Part shown: positions 38,286 to 50,192 of the stretch, piece by piece
Numbering within the stretch: position 1 is the stretch's first letter
Layout: every line of letters begins with the position of its first letter
Assembly (NCBI GenBank): GCA_963809895.1
Contig: CAWELD010000010.1
Coordinates: 320,001 to 384,000 of the forward strand
Length of the DNA: 64,000 nucleotides
Direction: 5' to 3'
Origin: an uncultured Gemmatimonadales bacterium
Lineage (GTDB): Bacteria > Gemmatimonadota > Gemmatimonadetes > Longimicrobiales > Gaopeijiaceae
Made by a program: the position numbers and the translations under genes
Notes under the pieces: generated by a model
What the model was told of the DNA's origin: nothing
Seen by the model: only the letters and a program-made list of their open reading frames with translations
The model's database searches: none

Positions 38286-38359
38286 CGGGGCGTGGCTCAG
38301 TCCGGTAGAGCGCTGCGTTCGGGTCGCAGAGGTCCCCGGTTCGAATCCGGGCGCCCCGA
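38286..38359 (+). tRNA. tRNA-Pro(CGG)
   Basis: CTGCG-TTCGGGT-CGCAG. Confidence 0.95.
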
Positions 38360-38378
38360 CTTTGGTTGGTTCAGGCAG

Positions 38379-38464
38379 GGAGGGGTGCCGGAGATGGTCG
38401 AACGGGCCCGCCTCGAAAGCGGTGCGTGCGAAAGCACACGGGGGTTCGAATCCCTCCCCCTCCG
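38379..38464 (+). tRNA. tRNA-Ser(CGA)
   Basis: CCGC-CTCGAAA-GCGG; long variable arm. Confidence 0.93.
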
Positions 38465-38510
38465 TTGCGGGTAGCGTGCTTTTTCATTGCGATGATCCGA
38501 CACGACGTCC

Positions 38511-38547
38511 AACGCCCCCTGCCGCATTCCGGTAGGGGGCGTTCTTG
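38511..38547 (+). terminator. Terminator hairpin after the tRNA array (possibly bidirectional)
   Basis: AACGCCCCCTGCCG...CGGTAGGGGGCGTT then CTTGTGTT. Confidence 0.7.
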
Positions 38548-38572
38548 TGTTGGGGGAGCCTGGAGGTCGGCT

Positions 38573-38959
38573 CTACGAGTCGTCTTGGGCGCGCCGGGCG
38601 AGCGCTCGCTGCACGGCGGCCCGAACCCCGTCGACCGTGAGGGGCTTCTGCAGCGTCTCCACGGCGCCGATCATACCCGCGTCCTTGAGAACGAAGTCCT
38701 TGTCGGCGAAGCCACCGCCGGAGATGGCGATGATGGGGACGTCGGGATTGAGCTCCTGATACGTGATCAGGAACTCGATTCCGTCCATCTCGGGCATGTA
38801 CACGTCGGTGATCACCGCGTCCACCGTGTACTGGCGCCCCAGGTCCAGAGCCGCTCGCCCGTCGGCGGCTTCCAGGACCTCGTGACCGTCGAGCTGCAGG
38901 ATCTTGGTGAGAGACCTGCGGACGGCGGGTTCGTCGTCGATTACCAGGATCGTGGCCAT
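38573..38959 (-). CDS. Single-domain response regulator
   Basis: LVIDDE, ITDVYMPEMDG, QKP. Confidence 0.9.
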   Translation of the reverse strand: MATILVIDDEPAVRRSLTKILQLDGHEVLEAADGRAALDLGRQYTVDAVITDVYMPEMDGIEFLITYQELNPDVPIIAISGGGFADKDFVLKDAGMIGAVETLQKPLTVDGVRAAVQRALARRAQDDS

Positions 38960-39089
38960 GAAGTCGCGTGGGGCCGAGTCGAGTGCGCCTGCGGGAGAGC
39001 GACCCCTGAAGTATACTGCAAGGCTTCGATCAGGACAGGTTCACGACGCTTTCATCGATCTTCGCCCTCTTGATTCCGCGGGAGGAATC

Positions 39090-40229
39090 ATGCCGGACCC
39101 GGAACGCGAGACATCCCCCAAGTCGGCGGATACCGCCGCGCGAATCCGCGAGCTGGAGTCGCGCCTCGCGAGCGCGCGCCGGATGGAAGTGCTGGGTCGG
39201 CTGGTCGGAGGCGTGGCGCACGACTTCAACAACGTGCTGTCCGTGATCACGACGCTCAGCGAGTTGCTGATCCGCTTCGCGCCGGACGACGATCCCGATC
39301 TCGAGGATCTGGAGGAGATTCGCGCCGCCGCCCTCCGCGGATCCGAGTTGACCCGCCAGCTCCTGGCCTTTGCCAGGGCGGACGTGGGAGAGCCGGTGGC
39401 GGTGGATCTCAACGAGCGCGTACGCCTGGCGGAGAAGCTCTTCCGAAAGCTGCTTCCGGAAGACGTGACTCTCACGGTGGACGTTGCGGACGACGTTCCC
39501 CGGGTGCGAGCCGACCCCGTGGAAGTGGATCAGGTGATTCTCAACCTCGCGGCGTATGGGCGTGAATGCCTGCGAGAGGGTGGGACCATCCGCCTTTCCA
39601 CGACCACGAGCCCCGAAGGCGAGGCTGTGATCGAGGTCCTCCTGGAAGGGCGCGCGGGGGCTCCCGTGGACATGCGCCCGGATACGCCGGCATCGGCGCG
39701 GGGCGGCGTCGTCGAGCCGGGGCTGGAACCCATCGAGGAGACGCTACTCCTGCGCGGGGGTGAGCTGCGCGTGGAGAATCGGACGATCTCGGTGCTCCTC
39801 CAGCCTGCCGAGGAGCCAGCGGGAGGCGAGGAAGCCGTGGTCGCCGGGAACGGAGAGGCGATCCTCGTGGTCGAGGATCAGGCCACGGTGGCGGAGGGTG
39901 TCGTCCGGACCCTGGAGGCGCTCGGGTACAACGCCCGGGCGGCGGGTACCGGCGAAGAAGCTCTCGCCGCCATGCGCGAACGGGACGCGCTCTCGTTGGT
40001 GGTGTGCGACGTGGTGCTGGAGGACTGCTGGGGAGCGGAGCTCGAGCGCCGGGCGGCGGCATCCGACGGCGCCGGCATGCCGTTCCTCTTCTTTTCGGGC
40101 CACGAGCAGCATCCGGCTTTGGCCGAGTTGCGCGCAGCGGGCCGCCCGGTGCTCCGCAAGCCCTTCACCCAGCAGGTCCTGGCCGCCGCCGTGGCGGACG
40201 CCCTGCGAGGGACTCGCGCCGAGGGCTGA
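39090..40229 (+). CDS. Hybrid histidine kinase-like protein with degenerate ATPase domain and REC
   Basis: GVAHDFNN, DQVILNL; no DxG, F or GxGLG boxes; C-terminal receiver. Confidence 0.75.
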   Translation: MPDPERETSPKSADTAARIRELESRLASARRMEVLGRLVGGVAHDFNNVLSVITTLSELLIRFAPDDDPDLEDLEEIRAAALRGSELTRQLLAFARADVGEPVAVDLNERVRLAEKLFRKLLPEDVTLTVDVADDVPRVRADPVEVDQVILNLAAYGRECLREGGTIRLSTTTSPEGEAVIEVLLEGRAGAPVDMRPDTPASARGGVVEPGLEPIEETLLLRGGELRVENRTISVLLQPAEEPAGGEEAVVAGNGEAILVVEDQATVAEGVVRTLEALGYNARAAGTGEEALAAMRERDALSLVVCDVVLEDCWGAELERRAAASDGAGMPFLFFSGHEQHPALAELRAAGRPVLRKPFTQQVLAAAVADALRGTRAEG

Positions 40230-40231
40230 GC

Positions 40232-42340
40232 TCAACCCTCCGTCACGGTGGTCTCCGTGAGGCTACCCAACCAGTCGCGGATGGCAGCCTGGGACCGCAT
40301 GGGGGGCGCACCGCCGTTGGCGATGGCGTTCGTCCCGCCCTCGTCGATGATGCGGGCCTTTCGGGTATCGGCCAGCTCGAGCTCGAGTCCGTGAATGACC
40401 TGTGAGCGGAGCGTGGGATCCAGAACCGGAAACGCGACCTCGATCCTGCGGCTGAGATTGCGGTGCATCCAGTCCGCGGAGCTCAGGTAGACCGCGGGAT
40501 CCCCACCGCCGGCGAAAACGTAGATCCTCCCGTGTTCGAGATAGCGGTCCACGATGGAGCGCAATTCGACGTGCTCGCTCCATCCCGGGACGCCGGGGAT
40601 CATTCTGCAGATGCCGCGCACGACCCCTCGGATCCGAACGCCGGCTCGAGCCGCCTCGTAGAGCCGGGTGATCACGGCCTCGTCTTCCAGAGCGTTCAGC
40701 TTGAAGGTGATGCCTGCGGGCAGGCCCCTCCGGGCCTGCTCCGTCTCTTGGTCGATCATCTCGTAGAGCCGGTCCCGCAGGTCGAACGGTGCCACCATCA
40801 GAGAGCGGAATAGCGGGACGATCTCGTGGGATCCAGCGAGGATCTGAAAGACCCTTTCCAGGTCTTCGGTGATGTCCGCGCGCGAGGTCAAGAGTGCGTA
40901 GTCCGTGTAGAAGCGGGCGGTCTCCTCGTTGAAGTTCCCGGTGCCCAGGTAGGCCTGCCGCCGTCGCACGCCGCCCTTTTCGCGGATGACGAGCGCGAGC
41001 TTGGCGTGCACCTTGAGATCGGGCATCGAGTACAGGGTCACGATACCCGCCCGCTCGAGCCGCTCGGCCCAGGCCAGGTTCGTCGCCTCGTCGAAGCGCG
41101 CCTTCACCTCCACGAACACCCGGACCAGCTTTCCCCTTTCCGCGGCGTCCAGCAGGGCGCGCAGCACCGAGGACTCCCTCGAGACCCGGTATACGGTGAG
41201 CCAGATCTCCGTCACGTCGGGGTCCTGGGCCGCCTCGGTCAGGAAGCGGACCACCTGATCGTAGCTCTGATACGGAAAGTGCAGGAGCTGGTCCTCGCGC
41301 TCGACGACGTCACTCACGGAGGGCGACCGGGTCAGCACGGGATGCGGCACGGGAGGCCACGGCTCGAACTCCTCGCCGCGAACACCACACCGGGGAAAGG
41401 TGCGCAGATCGTGGAGATTGTGATACCGGCCGCCGGCCACCAGATCCTCGGGCTCCAGCCCCAGGACTTCGCGCAGGCGCTCCATGACCACGATCGGTGT
41501 GGCCGGATCGTAGAGGAAGCGAGTGGGCGCGCCGGTCTCGCGCTTGCGGAGGCTCTTGCGAATCGCCTCGACGACGTCGCCGGCGAACTCGTCCTCCAGG
41601 TACAGCTCCGCGTCGCGTGACAGCTTGACTGCCCACGACCCGGCGACCTGACGATCCGGGAACAGCTCGGACAGATGGAGGCGCAGCACGTCGTCCAGGA
41701 ACATCACGTGGTGGCGGCCCTGGTGAGGTCCCAGAACGACGAAGCGGTCCAGGGGCGGTGAAGGCACGGGCACCAGGGCGAGCTCGGGCTGCGACGGAGC
41801 CACGGGCACCGCGCCGTCGGGGTGCAGCTCGACGACGAGGTAGACGGTGCGTCCGTCGAGGAACGGTGGGTCTTCGTCCGGAGTCGGGAGCGCCGGCACG
41901 GCGAGGGGTCGGATCCTGTCTTCGAACAGCTCGCGGAGCGTCTCCCGGTCCCCGTCATCGAGCTCGTCTCCCGCGGTCAGATGGATGCCGCGGGCTTCGA
42001 GGCCCGGGAGGATGCGATCCTGGAAGATGTCGCGGAACTGCGCCTGCTGCCGGTCCACTTCGCCCCGGATCGCGCTCAGGATCTCGATGGGATCCACGGA
42101 GAGGCGCCGGACCCGCTTCTTCTTGAGTCGGAGCAGGCTTCGCAGCGAAGCCACCCGCACCCGGAAGAACTCGTCCAGGTTGGACGAGAAGATGCCCAGG
42201 AAGGCCAAGCGCTCGAAGAGGGGGACGCTGGGGTCGGCGGCCTCCTGCAGGACCCTGGCGTTGAACGCCAGCCAGCTCAATTCGCGGTCGGCGAGCGGCG
42301 GTCGGTCCGTCCCGACTTCTTCTTCAGTCCCGTCGCTCAT
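40232..42340 (-). CDS. ppk1: Polyphosphate kinase 1
   Basis: [52 protein letters not shown]. Confidence 0.97.
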   Translation of the reverse strand: MSDGTEEEVGTDRPPLADRELSWLAFNARVLQEAADPSVPLFERLAFLGIFSSNLDEFFRVRVASLRSLLRLKKKRVRRLSVDPIEILSAIRGEVDRQQAQFRDIFQDRILPGLEARGIHLTAGDELDDGDRETLRELFEDRIRPLAVPALPTPDEDPPFLDGRTVYLVVELHPDGAVPVAPSQPELALVPVPSPPLDRFVVLGPHQGRHHVMFLDDVLRLHLSELFPDRQVAGSWAVKLSRDAELYLEDEFAGDVVEAIRKSLRKRETGAPTRFLYDPATPIVVMERLREVLGLEPEDLVAGGRYHNLHDLRTFPRCGVRGEEFEPWPPVPHPVLTRSPSVSDVVEREDQLLHFPYQSYDQVVRFLTEAAQDPDVTEIWLTVYRVSRESSVLRALLDAAERGKLVRVFVEVKARFDEATNLAWAERLERAGIVTLYSMPDLKVHAKLALVIREKGGVRRRQAYLGTGNFNEETARFYTDYALLTSRADITEDLERVFQILAGSHEIVPLFRSLMVAPFDLRDRLYEMIDQETEQARRGLPAGITFKLNALEDEAVITRLYEAARAGVRIRGVVRGICRMIPGVPGWSEHVELRSIVDRYLEHGRIYVFAGGGDPAVYLSSADWMHRNLSRRIEVAFPVLDPTLRSQVIHGLELELADTRKARIIDEGGTNAIANGGAPPMRSQAAIRDWLGSLTETTVTEG

Positions 42341-42882
42341 GGCTCGTGGAGGTCCGGGTCCGGCAGATCCCTGGGTCGGACGAAGCGCACCAGGTGTCCC
42401 GTGGCCGGGGCCAGCGACTCCCAGCCATCGCCGGGGAGCTCGAGCTGGACGAGGGCACCGGTGGGCAGCTTTCTTCGCAGACGCTCTTCGGCAGGGTCGC
42501 CGGGCGTCGGTATGGTGAGAACGGCCGCCAGCTCATGCAGCCCGGGATTGTGGCCCAGGACCATGAGTGTCCCGACATGTTCGTCCACGGCCCTGATCCT
42601 CTCCAGGAGAGCCGCCACCGAAGCGAGATAGATGTCGTCGCTCCAGGTGACCGGGGCCGTGCGTCCGGCGGCGCGGGTGAGCCTCGCCCAGGTCTGACGC
42701 GTCCGCGTCGATGTGGACGAAAGCACGAGATCGGGCCAGGGTCCGTGTGCACCAAGCCAATGACCCAGGGCCGTCGCCGCGCGCTCGCCTCGGGGCGAGA
42801 GCGGACGCTGGTGGTCCGGGAGCTCGTGATGATCCCAGGACGACTTCGCGTGGCGAAGGAGAAGGAGGGTGGGCGAAGGCAT
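42337..42882 (-). CDS. sixA: Phosphohistidine phosphatase SixA family
   Basis: [26 protein letters not shown]. Confidence 0.88.
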   Translation of the reverse strand: MPSPTLLLLRHAKSSWDHHELPDHQRPLSPRGERAATALGHWLGAHGPWPDLVLSSTSTRTRQTWARLTRAAGRTAPVTWSDDIYLASVAALLERIRAVDEHVGTLMVLGHNPGLHELAAVLTIPTPGDPAEERLRRKLPTGALVQLELPGDGWESLAPATGHLVRFVRPRDLPDPDLHEP

Positions 42883-42998
42883 GGTCCGCTGAGCCAGGGC
42901 GTGAATCCGTTCAGAGCGTGCAGCGCCGGGAATGTACCGGACTGCGCCACATGGGGCACCCGAGAGGGGTCGGCGGCGCACCCAGGGGCGCATAGGGA

Positions 42999-43030
42999 AG
43001 GGGGGTCGGATGTCCGATCCCGACCCCCCT
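42999..43030 (-). terminator. Hairpin downstream of histone-like gene
   Basis: GGGGGTCGG...CCGACCCCC inverted repeat. Confidence 0.5.
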
Positions 43031-43059
43031 CGTTGGAGCGACTGCTACGTGCGGTGCCC

Positions 43060-43464
43060 CTATTTCTTCTTCCGCGTCGAAGCCTTCTTGGCGGCCTTCT
43101 TCGCAGGGGCCTTCTTCGCGGCCTTCTTCGCCGGCGCCTTCTTGGCGGCTTTCTTGGCCGGCGCCTTCTTGGCAGCCTTCTTCGCCGGGGCCTTCTTGGC
43201 AGCCTTCTTCGCCGTCTTCTTGGCCGGCGCCTTCTTGGCCGCCTTTCGGGCCGAGGCCTTCTTCACGGTCGTCTTGCGTGCGGCCTTCTTGGCTGGAGCC
43301 TTCTTCTTCGACGCGCTCTTTCGCGCCGGGGCCTTCTTCGCCGCCTTCCTGGCGGGAGCCTTGCGTGCGGCCTTCTTGGCCGGGGCCTTCTTCTTGGCGG
43401 ACTTCTTGGCGGCGGGCTTCTTCTTCGCCGCCCCCTTCTTGGCACCGGTCTTCGCTGCAGCCAT
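43060..43464 (-). CDS. Histone H1-like Lys/Ala-rich protein (134 aa)
   Basis: Repeats of [17 protein letters not shown] before ATG. Confidence 0.85.
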   Translation of the reverse strand: MAAAKTGAKKGAAKKKPAAKKSAKKKAPAKKAARKAPARKAAKKAPARKSASKKKAPAKKAARKTTVKKASARKAAKKAPAKKTAKKAAKKAPAKKAAKKAPAKKAAKKAPAKKAAKKAPAKKAAKKASTRKKK

Positions 43465-43650
43465 GGATTCATCCTCCGGAGGAAAGGTGTCACTGCGCGT
43501 CGACGCGATTACGAATACAGCCTGTCCGCTCACGATCCGCAATCCTTTTGTTCGCGCATGCCCCAGCATCTCGTACTGCGATTGTCGCGGCCTACGACAT
43601 GTGGCGCCCTTTGACGGCGGGGCGAGGCGGTGTAACGTGAAGGACGTGGA

Positions 43651-44475
43651 GTGCTCCCTGCGGCCCGGTTGCGGCCGCTCACGACCTGTCTGGATACGCC
43701 CTTGGAACGGACTGCAGATCAGATTCTCGCTCTCCTCCGCGAGCGCGGTGCCCGCTCGTTGCGGCGGGTGTCGCTGCGCGAGAACCGCTCCACCATCTGG
43801 TCTCTCACCCAGGGGGGCAGGGCGCTGAATCTGCATGTGGCGTATCGCGGGGCCCCGGTCCGAATCCTCGCGCACTTCGCGACCATCGTTCGAGAAGCCC
43901 GAGCGCGGACCACGGCGTATCGGACCGCGTGCCGCGAGGTGGCCGAATGGCCTGGTCTGGAGCCCGAACTGCGCCGCATCCGAGCCCGGTCCCGCAAGGT
44001 CCGGGCACCGGTCCGCAGGGGGCCCGGGGTGGGACCCTGCTGTGCGACTCCCGGGCAGCGGGCCTACCTGAGGCGTCTGTATCGCTACCTGAACGCGACT
44101 CGCTTCGGAGGTCTACTCCCGGCCAGCGTTCCCCTGCGTCTCTCGCGTCGCATGACCACCCGTCTCGGCCAGATGGTGCCGGGAACGCTGGACGGCAGGC
44201 GCGTGGTCCTGGAGATCGCCCTCAACCTGGATCTCATGTTGGAAGGCAACGGGCGTCAGCGATTGGACACCCTGTTGCACGAGATGGCTCACGCGGCGGA
44301 CTACCTGGTCCACGGTGAGACGGGCCACGGAGAAAGCTGGCGGCGTTGGGCTGCCCGGGCGGGCTGCGACGGACGGGCCGTCTGTCACGCCCCGATCCGG
44401 AGGCGCCGACGTCGTCGGGATGCGGTCGAGCGGGTACCGCCGCTGCCGGCCGGCTACCGGGAGTTGGCCGCGTAG
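43651..44475 (+). CDS. SprT-like zinc metalloprotease
   Basis: [22 protein letters not shown]. Confidence 0.8.
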   Translation: MLPAARLRPLTTCLDTPLERTADQILALLRERGARSLRRVSLRENRSTIWSLTQGGRALNLHVAYRGAPVRILAHFATIVREARARTTAYRTACREVAEWPGLEPELRRIRARSRKVRAPVRRGPGVGPCCATPGQRAYLRRLYRYLNATRFGGLLPASVPLRLSRRMTTRLGQMVPGTLDGRRVVLEIALNLDLMLEGNGRQRLDTLLHEMAHAADYLVHGETGHGESWRRWAARAGCDGRAVCHAPIRRRRRRRDAVERVPPLPAGYRELAA

Positions 44476-44483
44476 GCGCGAGC

Positions 44484-44930
44484 TCATTGCCCGAGGGCCT
44501 CCTTGACGGCCTTCGACAGATCATCGAGAGAGAAGGGCTTGGGCATGAACGGCTGAGGTGGCTCACCTGGTGGGCGGCCGAACTCACGAGTGGTGTATCC
44601 GGAGGTGAAGAGGATCTTCTGATCGGGGCGTATGGCCTTGAGCCGCTCGGCCATCTCGATTCCCGAAATCCCCGGCATCACCACATCCGTGAGCACGAGG
44701 TCGAAATGCTCGTCCGCGTCCTCGATGATCTCGAGAGCCTCGTTGCCGTCGGCGGCAGCGCGGACGTCATATCCGAGCTTCTGGAGCAGGCGCCCGGTCA
44801 CTCGTCGGACGGTTTCTTCGTCGTCGACGAGCAGAATCCGGGCTCCATTGGGCCCTGGCGGGTCGCTGGTCACGTAAGAGGCGGCGGAAGACGAGAGTAC
44901 GACATTGGAAGGGCTGATGGGTGCATCCTC
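44484..44930 (-). CDS. Single-domain response regulator (start uncertain)
   Basis: ILLVDDE, LTDVVMPG, FTSGY, PKPF. Confidence 0.85.
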   Translation of the reverse strand, partial: EDAPISPSNVVLSSSAASYVTSDPPGPNGARILLVDDEETVRRVTGRLLQKLGYDVRAAADGNEALEIIEDADEHFDLVLTDVVMPGISGIEMAERLKAIRPDQKILFTSGYTTREFGRPPGEPPQPFMPKPFSLDDLSKAVKEALGQ

Positions 44931-44998
44931 TGAAAAATGCGAGACCGGCGCCCGAATCGCAAATGGTTCGCCGATCGTCGTCGAGAGGGAGTGGTAGT

Positions 44999-46993
44999 TT
45001 AGACGCCGCGCAACTCGTGGATCAGGCCCACCACGGCCTCCGCCGTCACGCCGAGCTCCTGGAACAGCACCTCCGCAGGTGCAGACGCTCCGAAGCGGTC
45101 CACTCCCACCGCCGCACCGGGTCTGCCGGTCCATCGCTCCCAGCCTCGGGTGATTCCCGCCTCCACGGCGACACGTAGCCTGACGTTGGACGGCAATACC
45201 GACTCCCGGTAGTCGGCGTCCTGCATCTCGAACAGGTGCCAGCTCGGCAGGCTGACGACGCGGGTCGGGATGCCCTCGGCTTGAAGGGTTCGGCGCGCGT
45301 CCAGCGCCACCGCGACCTCCGAGCCCGACGCCAGCAGGAGCGCCTCGGGCGAGCCCCCGTCGGCTTCGGCGAGAACGTAACCGCCTCGGCGCAGCCCGCC
45401 GGCCGAAGCCAGGGAGTCGCGGTCCAGGGCCGGCACCTTCTGCCGCGTAAGCGCGAGAAAGGAGGGGCCGTCGGCCGCCATGGCCATCTCCCACGCCACC
45501 GCGGTTTCGGCCGGATCGGCGGGCCGAAGGTCCGTGAGGCCCGGGATGCAGCGCAGGCTCATGAGTTGCTCGACGGGCTGATGGGTCGGACCATCCTCGC
45601 CGAGGCCGATGGAATCGTGGGTGAAGACGTAGACGACGGGCTGCCCCATGAGGCTCGCCAGGCGGATGGCGGGACGCATGTAGTCCGAGAAGATCAGGAA
45701 GGTCCCGCCGAAGACGCGCAGCCCTCCGTGTAGCGCCAGGCCGTTCAGGATGCCTCCCATGGCGTGTTCCCGGATCCCGAAGTGCAGGATCCTCCCGCCG
45801 GGGTTGTCGGCCTCCAGGTCGCCGCCACCCTTGATGTCGGTCTTGTTCGACCCACTGAGATCCGCCGACCCTCCGATGAGCTCGGGAATGCGGTCGGCCA
45901 GGCCCTGGATGACCTTGCCCGAGCTGCTCCGGGTGGCATCGGGCTCATGGAGCTCGGGAAGGCCCGCCCGCCAATCCCCCGGCAACTCGCGCCTCATGAC
46001 CGTGCGCTCGAACTCCTCGGCGAGGGCGGGGTGCGTCTCCCGGTACGCGTTCCAGCGCTCCCGCCAGCCGGCTTCCAGCCCGGCGCCCCGCTCGCGGGCC
46101 TCGAGCCACTTGGCCCGTGCCTCGTCGGGGACGAAGAAGGGTTCCTGCGACGGATACCCCAGGTTCTCCTTGGTACGACGTACCTCTTCGGTACCCAACG
46201 GCGACCCGTGCGCCGCGGCGGTATCCGCCTTGCCCGGGCTTCCCCAGGCGATGGTGGTCCGCAGCACGATCAGGGTGGGTCGCTCCCGCTCGGCCCGCGC
46301 TTCGGCCAGCGCCTGATCGATGGCGGCCAGGTCGTTGCCGTCGTGCACGTGGAGGACCTGCCAGCCGTAGGCCTCGAAGCGCAGGGCGTGATCGGTGGAA
46401 GTGGCGAGGTCGGTGTGGCCCTCGATGGTGATGTGGTTGTCGTCGAAGACCCAGGTCAGCTTGCCCAGGCGTTGGTGCCCGGCGAAGGCGGCGGCCTCGT
46501 GGCTGATCCCCTCCATCAGGTCGCCGTCGGAGCAGAAGGCGACGGTGTGATGATCGACGATGTCGTGGCCCGGGCGGTTGAAGTGCGTCGCCAGCCATCG
46601 CTCGGCCAGCGCCATCCCCACGGAGTTGGCGACGCCCTGGCCCAGGGGGCCCGTGGTGGTCTCCACGCCTGGTGTGTGGCCGTACTCGGGATGTCCCGGG
46701 GTCCGGGAGCCCCACTGGCGGAAGTTCTCGATCTCCTCGAGAGGGAGGTCGTATCCGGTCAGGTGGAGGAGGCTGTACAACAGCATCGACGCGTGCCCGC
46801 ACGACAGGACGAACCGGTCCCGGTCCACCCAGTCCGGGTTGGCGGGGTTGTGCCGGAGGTGTCTCGTGAAGAGCGAGAAGCCCGCCGGCGCCAGCGCCAT
46901 GGGCGTTCCCGGGTGTCCAGAGTTCGCTTTCTGGACAGCGTCCATGGAGAGGACGCGCACCGCGTCGATGCAGAGACGTTCGAGATCCGTCAT
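44999..46993 (-). CDS. tkt: Transketolase
   Basis: [39 protein letters not shown]. Confidence 0.97.
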   Translation of the reverse strand: MTDLERLCIDAVRVLSMDAVQKANSGHPGTPMALAPAGFSLFTRHLRHNPANPDWVDRDRFVLSCGHASMLLYSLLHLTGYDLPLEEIENFRQWGSRTPGHPEYGHTPGVETTTGPLGQGVANSVGMALAERWLATHFNRPGHDIVDHHTVAFCSDGDLMEGISHEAAAFAGHQRLGKLTWVFDDNHITIEGHTDLATSTDHALRFEAYGWQVLHVHDGNDLAAIDQALAEARAERERPTLIVLRTTIAWGSPGKADTAAAHGSPLGTEEVRRTKENLGYPSQEPFFVPDEARAKWLEARERGAGLEAGWRERWNAYRETHPALAEEFERTVMRRELPGDWRAGLPELHEPDATRSSSGKVIQGLADRIPELIGGSADLSGSNKTDIKGGGDLEADNPGGRILHFGIREHAMGGILNGLALHGGLRVFGGTFLIFSDYMRPAIRLASLMGQPVVYVFTHDSIGLGEDGPTHQPVEQLMSLRCIPGLTDLRPADPAETAVAWEMAMAADGPSFLALTRQKVPALDRDSLASAGGLRRGGYVLAEADGGSPEALLLASGSEVAVALDARRTLQAEGIPTRVVSLPSWHLFEMQDADYRESVLPSNVRLRVAVEAGITRGWERWTGRPGAAVGVDRFGASAPAEVLFQELGVTAEAVVGLIHELRGV

Positions 46994-49480
46994 GAACCCA
47001 CCACGAAATTCAGGAGTCGGTCGGGCACGTGGATCACGCGCCGCACCGTCGCGCCCTCGAGATAGCGCGCGACATTGTCTTGCGTCCGGGCTTCGGCCTC
47101 GGCCACGTCCTGGTCGGCTCCCCGGGGCAGCGCCACCGTGGCGCGCAGCTTGCCGTTCACCTGCACGGCGACCTCCACCGTGTCTTCGCGCGCCTTGTCG
47201 GCGTCGAAGGCCGGCCAGTTGGCACCCTCGAAGATGCTGCGCTCGTGGCCGAGCACGGACCAGAGCTCTTCGGCGACGTGCGGTGCGAAAGGGGCCACCA
47301 TGACCACCAGGGCCTCGACCTCGGACCGGGTCGCGGTGCGCCCGCCCGCCCGCACCACGTTCAGGTACTCCATGAGGGCGGCGACCGCCGTGTTGTACTG
47401 GAGCTCGGGCAGTTGCGCGGTCACCTGGCCGATGGTCTGGTGGAGCTTCCGTTCCACCTCGGGATCGGGGTCGCCGTCGCTCGCGCCGTGGACCGTGTCC
47501 CACAGCCGGTGCAGGAAGCCGAAAGGCCCCTGGATACCCTCGTCCCGGTAGTCGCCGCCCTCTTCGAAGGGCCCCAGGAACATGAGGTACAGGCGAAACG
47601 TGTCCGCCCCGTATTCCTCGATGATGGGGTCCGGGACGATGACGTTCCCCTTGCTCTTGGACATCTTCGCCCCTTCGCGGATGATCAGGCCGTGGGCCCG
47701 GAACCGGGTGAAGGGCTCCTCGAAGTCCAGGTGTCCCAGGTCGTGCAGCACCATGGTGAGGAAGCGGCTGTACATCAGGTGCAGCACGGCGTGCTCGTTG
47801 CCGCCGATGTAGGTGTCCACAGGCAGCCATCGGCGGGTGATGTCGGCGTCGAACGGGCGGTCGTCGAAGTCCGTGGACGGGATAGCGCAGGAAGTACCAG
47901 CCCGAGTCCAGGAAGGTGTCCGACACGTCGGTCTCCCGGCGCGCCTCACCCCCGCAGCGCGGGCACTCGGTGCGGTACCACTCCTCCACGCGGGCCAGCG
48001 GCGACACGCCCGTGTCGTCGGGCTTGAAGTCCTCGACCCGAGGGAGCACCACCGGCAGGTCCTCTTCCGGGACCGGCACGGCTCCGCACTCGTCGCAGTG
48101 GATGATGGGGATGGGGGGCCCCCAGTAGCGCTGGCGGGAGATGCACCAATCGTGCAGACGGTAGTTCACGCGCAGCTCGCCCAGCCCGCGCTCTGCCAGC
48201 CACTCCGTGACGGCGGTGATGGCGTCGTCCTTGGTCAGCCCGTCGAAGCGCGCGGAGTTCACCAGGACGCCGTCGTCGGTCCACGCCTCCTCCAGGGGCG
48301 TGTCGGCCCCATCGCCGGGCCCCGCGACCACCCGGCGAATGACCAGTCCGAACTCGCTCGCGAACTCGAAGTCCCGGCTGTCGTGACCGGGCACCGCCAT
48401 GATGGCTCCCGTTCCGTACTCCATGAGCACGTAGTCGGCGATCCACACGGGGATGGCCTCGCCCGTGGCCGGATTCCGGCAGTGGCCACCGGTGAACACG
48501 CCCGTCTTCGTCTTGTCCGCCTTCTGCCGGGCCACCAGGTCCATCTTCTGGGCCTCGGCACGGTACGTCTCGACCTCGTCGCGACGGTCTGACGTGGTGA
48601 GCCGATCCACCAGGGGATGCTCGGGCGCAAGCACCATGAAGGTCGCGCCGAACACCGTGTCGGGGCGGGTGGTGAAGACCCGGATGCCAGGCTGGTCGTC
48701 GGACGCGGTCACGGTCTCCGGGGCCACCGGTGACGGCGGCATTCCGCCATCCAGCAGCGGAAAGACGAGCTCCGCCCCCTCGCTCCTGCCGATCCAGTTG
48801 CGCTGGGCCTTGGTGGTGGTCTCGGACCAGTCGAGGCCGTCCAGGTTGTCGAGCAGCCGCTGGGCGTAGCGGGTGATCCGGAAGAACCACTGGGCGATGC
48901 GCCGCTGCTCCACCGGCGTGTCGCACCGCTCGCAGCGTCCGCCGATGACCTGCTCGTTGGCCAGCACCGTCTTGCAGGACGGGCACCAGTTGACCGGAGC
49001 TTCCTTGCGCTCGGCCAGGCCGGCCTCGAAGAGCTTCAGGAAGACCCACTGGGTCCACTTGTAGTAGGCCGGATCGGTGGTGTCGACGGTGTGGGACCAG
49101 TCGAACATCCCCCCGATCCGCCGGAGCTGACGCGTGAAGTTCGCCACGTTGCTGGGGATGAGGTCCATGGGATGGAGGCCCATCTTCAGCGCGAAGTTCT
49201 CGGAATGGATGCCGAAGGCGTCGAAGCCGATGGGCTCGAACACCTGGCGACCCCGCAGGCGCTGGTAGCGCCCGTGGACGTCGGCGCCGGTGAAGGCATA
49301 GATGTTCCCGACGTGGAGCCCCTCGGCGGAGGGGTAGGGGAACATCATCAGGTTGTAGAAGGGCCTCTCGGTCTCGCGCAGCCCGTCCAGGGTGAACCGG
49401 TTCGTGCCGCGCTCGTCCCAGGCTTTCTGCCAGGTCCGCTCCACCTCGGAGGGGACGTAGGCCGTACCGTCGTGCGCCAT
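46990..49480 (-). CDS. leuS: Leucine--tRNA ligase (frameshift near 47880, probably sequencing error)
   Basis: MFPYPS, HVGN (HIGH), [30 protein letters not shown]. Confidence 0.95.
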
Positions 49481-49657
49481 GACTCGCGTTCCAAGTGGCG
49501 ACGGTCCCGGGCTCGAGACCACCCGATGGGTGGCGTCGGCGGGCGGGACCGTCGCGGGGTTCCGTTCCGGAGTTCCGAGAAACCGTAAGCTAAAGGGGGT
49601 GTCCAGCCCATACAACGGACCTGTCGGCGTCTCGCGTCCGTCCGTGGGTCGCTCGAC

Positions 49658-50089
49658 TCACCGCATCCGTTCCTCCACCCGCTGCTTCAGGATCAGATCG
49701 TGGTGCGTGAACGCCTGATGCATCCGCTCCAATAGCGAGTCGCGGAGGAGAACCGAGAGCCAGCCGGTGAAGCGCTCGCCGTGATGGAGGCGGGTCCCGC
49801 CTCCCGGGCGGGGATCCAGCCGGAAATAGTGTGTACCGGTGAACAGGACCGGGAGGATCTCCCAGCCTCGCCAGGCGAGCTTTCGAGGTGGTTCCCAGGC
49901 CACGATCCTCACCCGGTAGCTCCGCGACAGAGGCGTCACCTCCACCGTCACGCGCTGGTCGAGCGCGGCGATGCCCTCGACGGAGCCGATCAGGGGATTC
50001 CACTCCGGATACGCCTGGAAGTCGGTGAGCACCTCCCAGACGCGCGCGGGCGGGGCCGCGATGTCGATGCGGGTAAGGTATTCCCTCAT
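49658..50089 (-). CDS. SRPBCC domain protein
   Basis: IDIAAPPARVWEVLTDFQAYPEWNP. Confidence 0.85.
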   Translation of the reverse strand: MREYLTRIDIAAPPARVWEVLTDFQAYPEWNPLIGSVEGIAALDQRVTVEVTPLSRSYRVRIVAWEPPRKLAWRGWEILPVLFTGTHYFRLDPRPGGGTRLHHGERFTGWLSVLLRDSLLERMHQAFTHHDLILKQRVEERMR

Positions 50090-50192
50090 GGGCGGGTGCC
50101 GTGCGGTGCAACGCGGACAGGTTCCTGGCAGCGACCCACGGTACGTCGGAACCCTTGCGGTCGTCCAGGGACATGTGGGAGGTTCGGGCTCC

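Noticed and set aside
42932..43828. Phe/Ala-rich membrane-like ORF on the + strand
   Set aside because: Antisense shadow of the Lys/Ala histone-like gene.
44999..49615. 1538-aa LeuRS-transketolase fusion in the ORF track
   Set aside because: A frameshift near 47880 diverts leuS into a frame that runs into tkt. The true LeuRS C-terminus with KMSKS is in ORF 46990..47949 and tkt has its own ATG.
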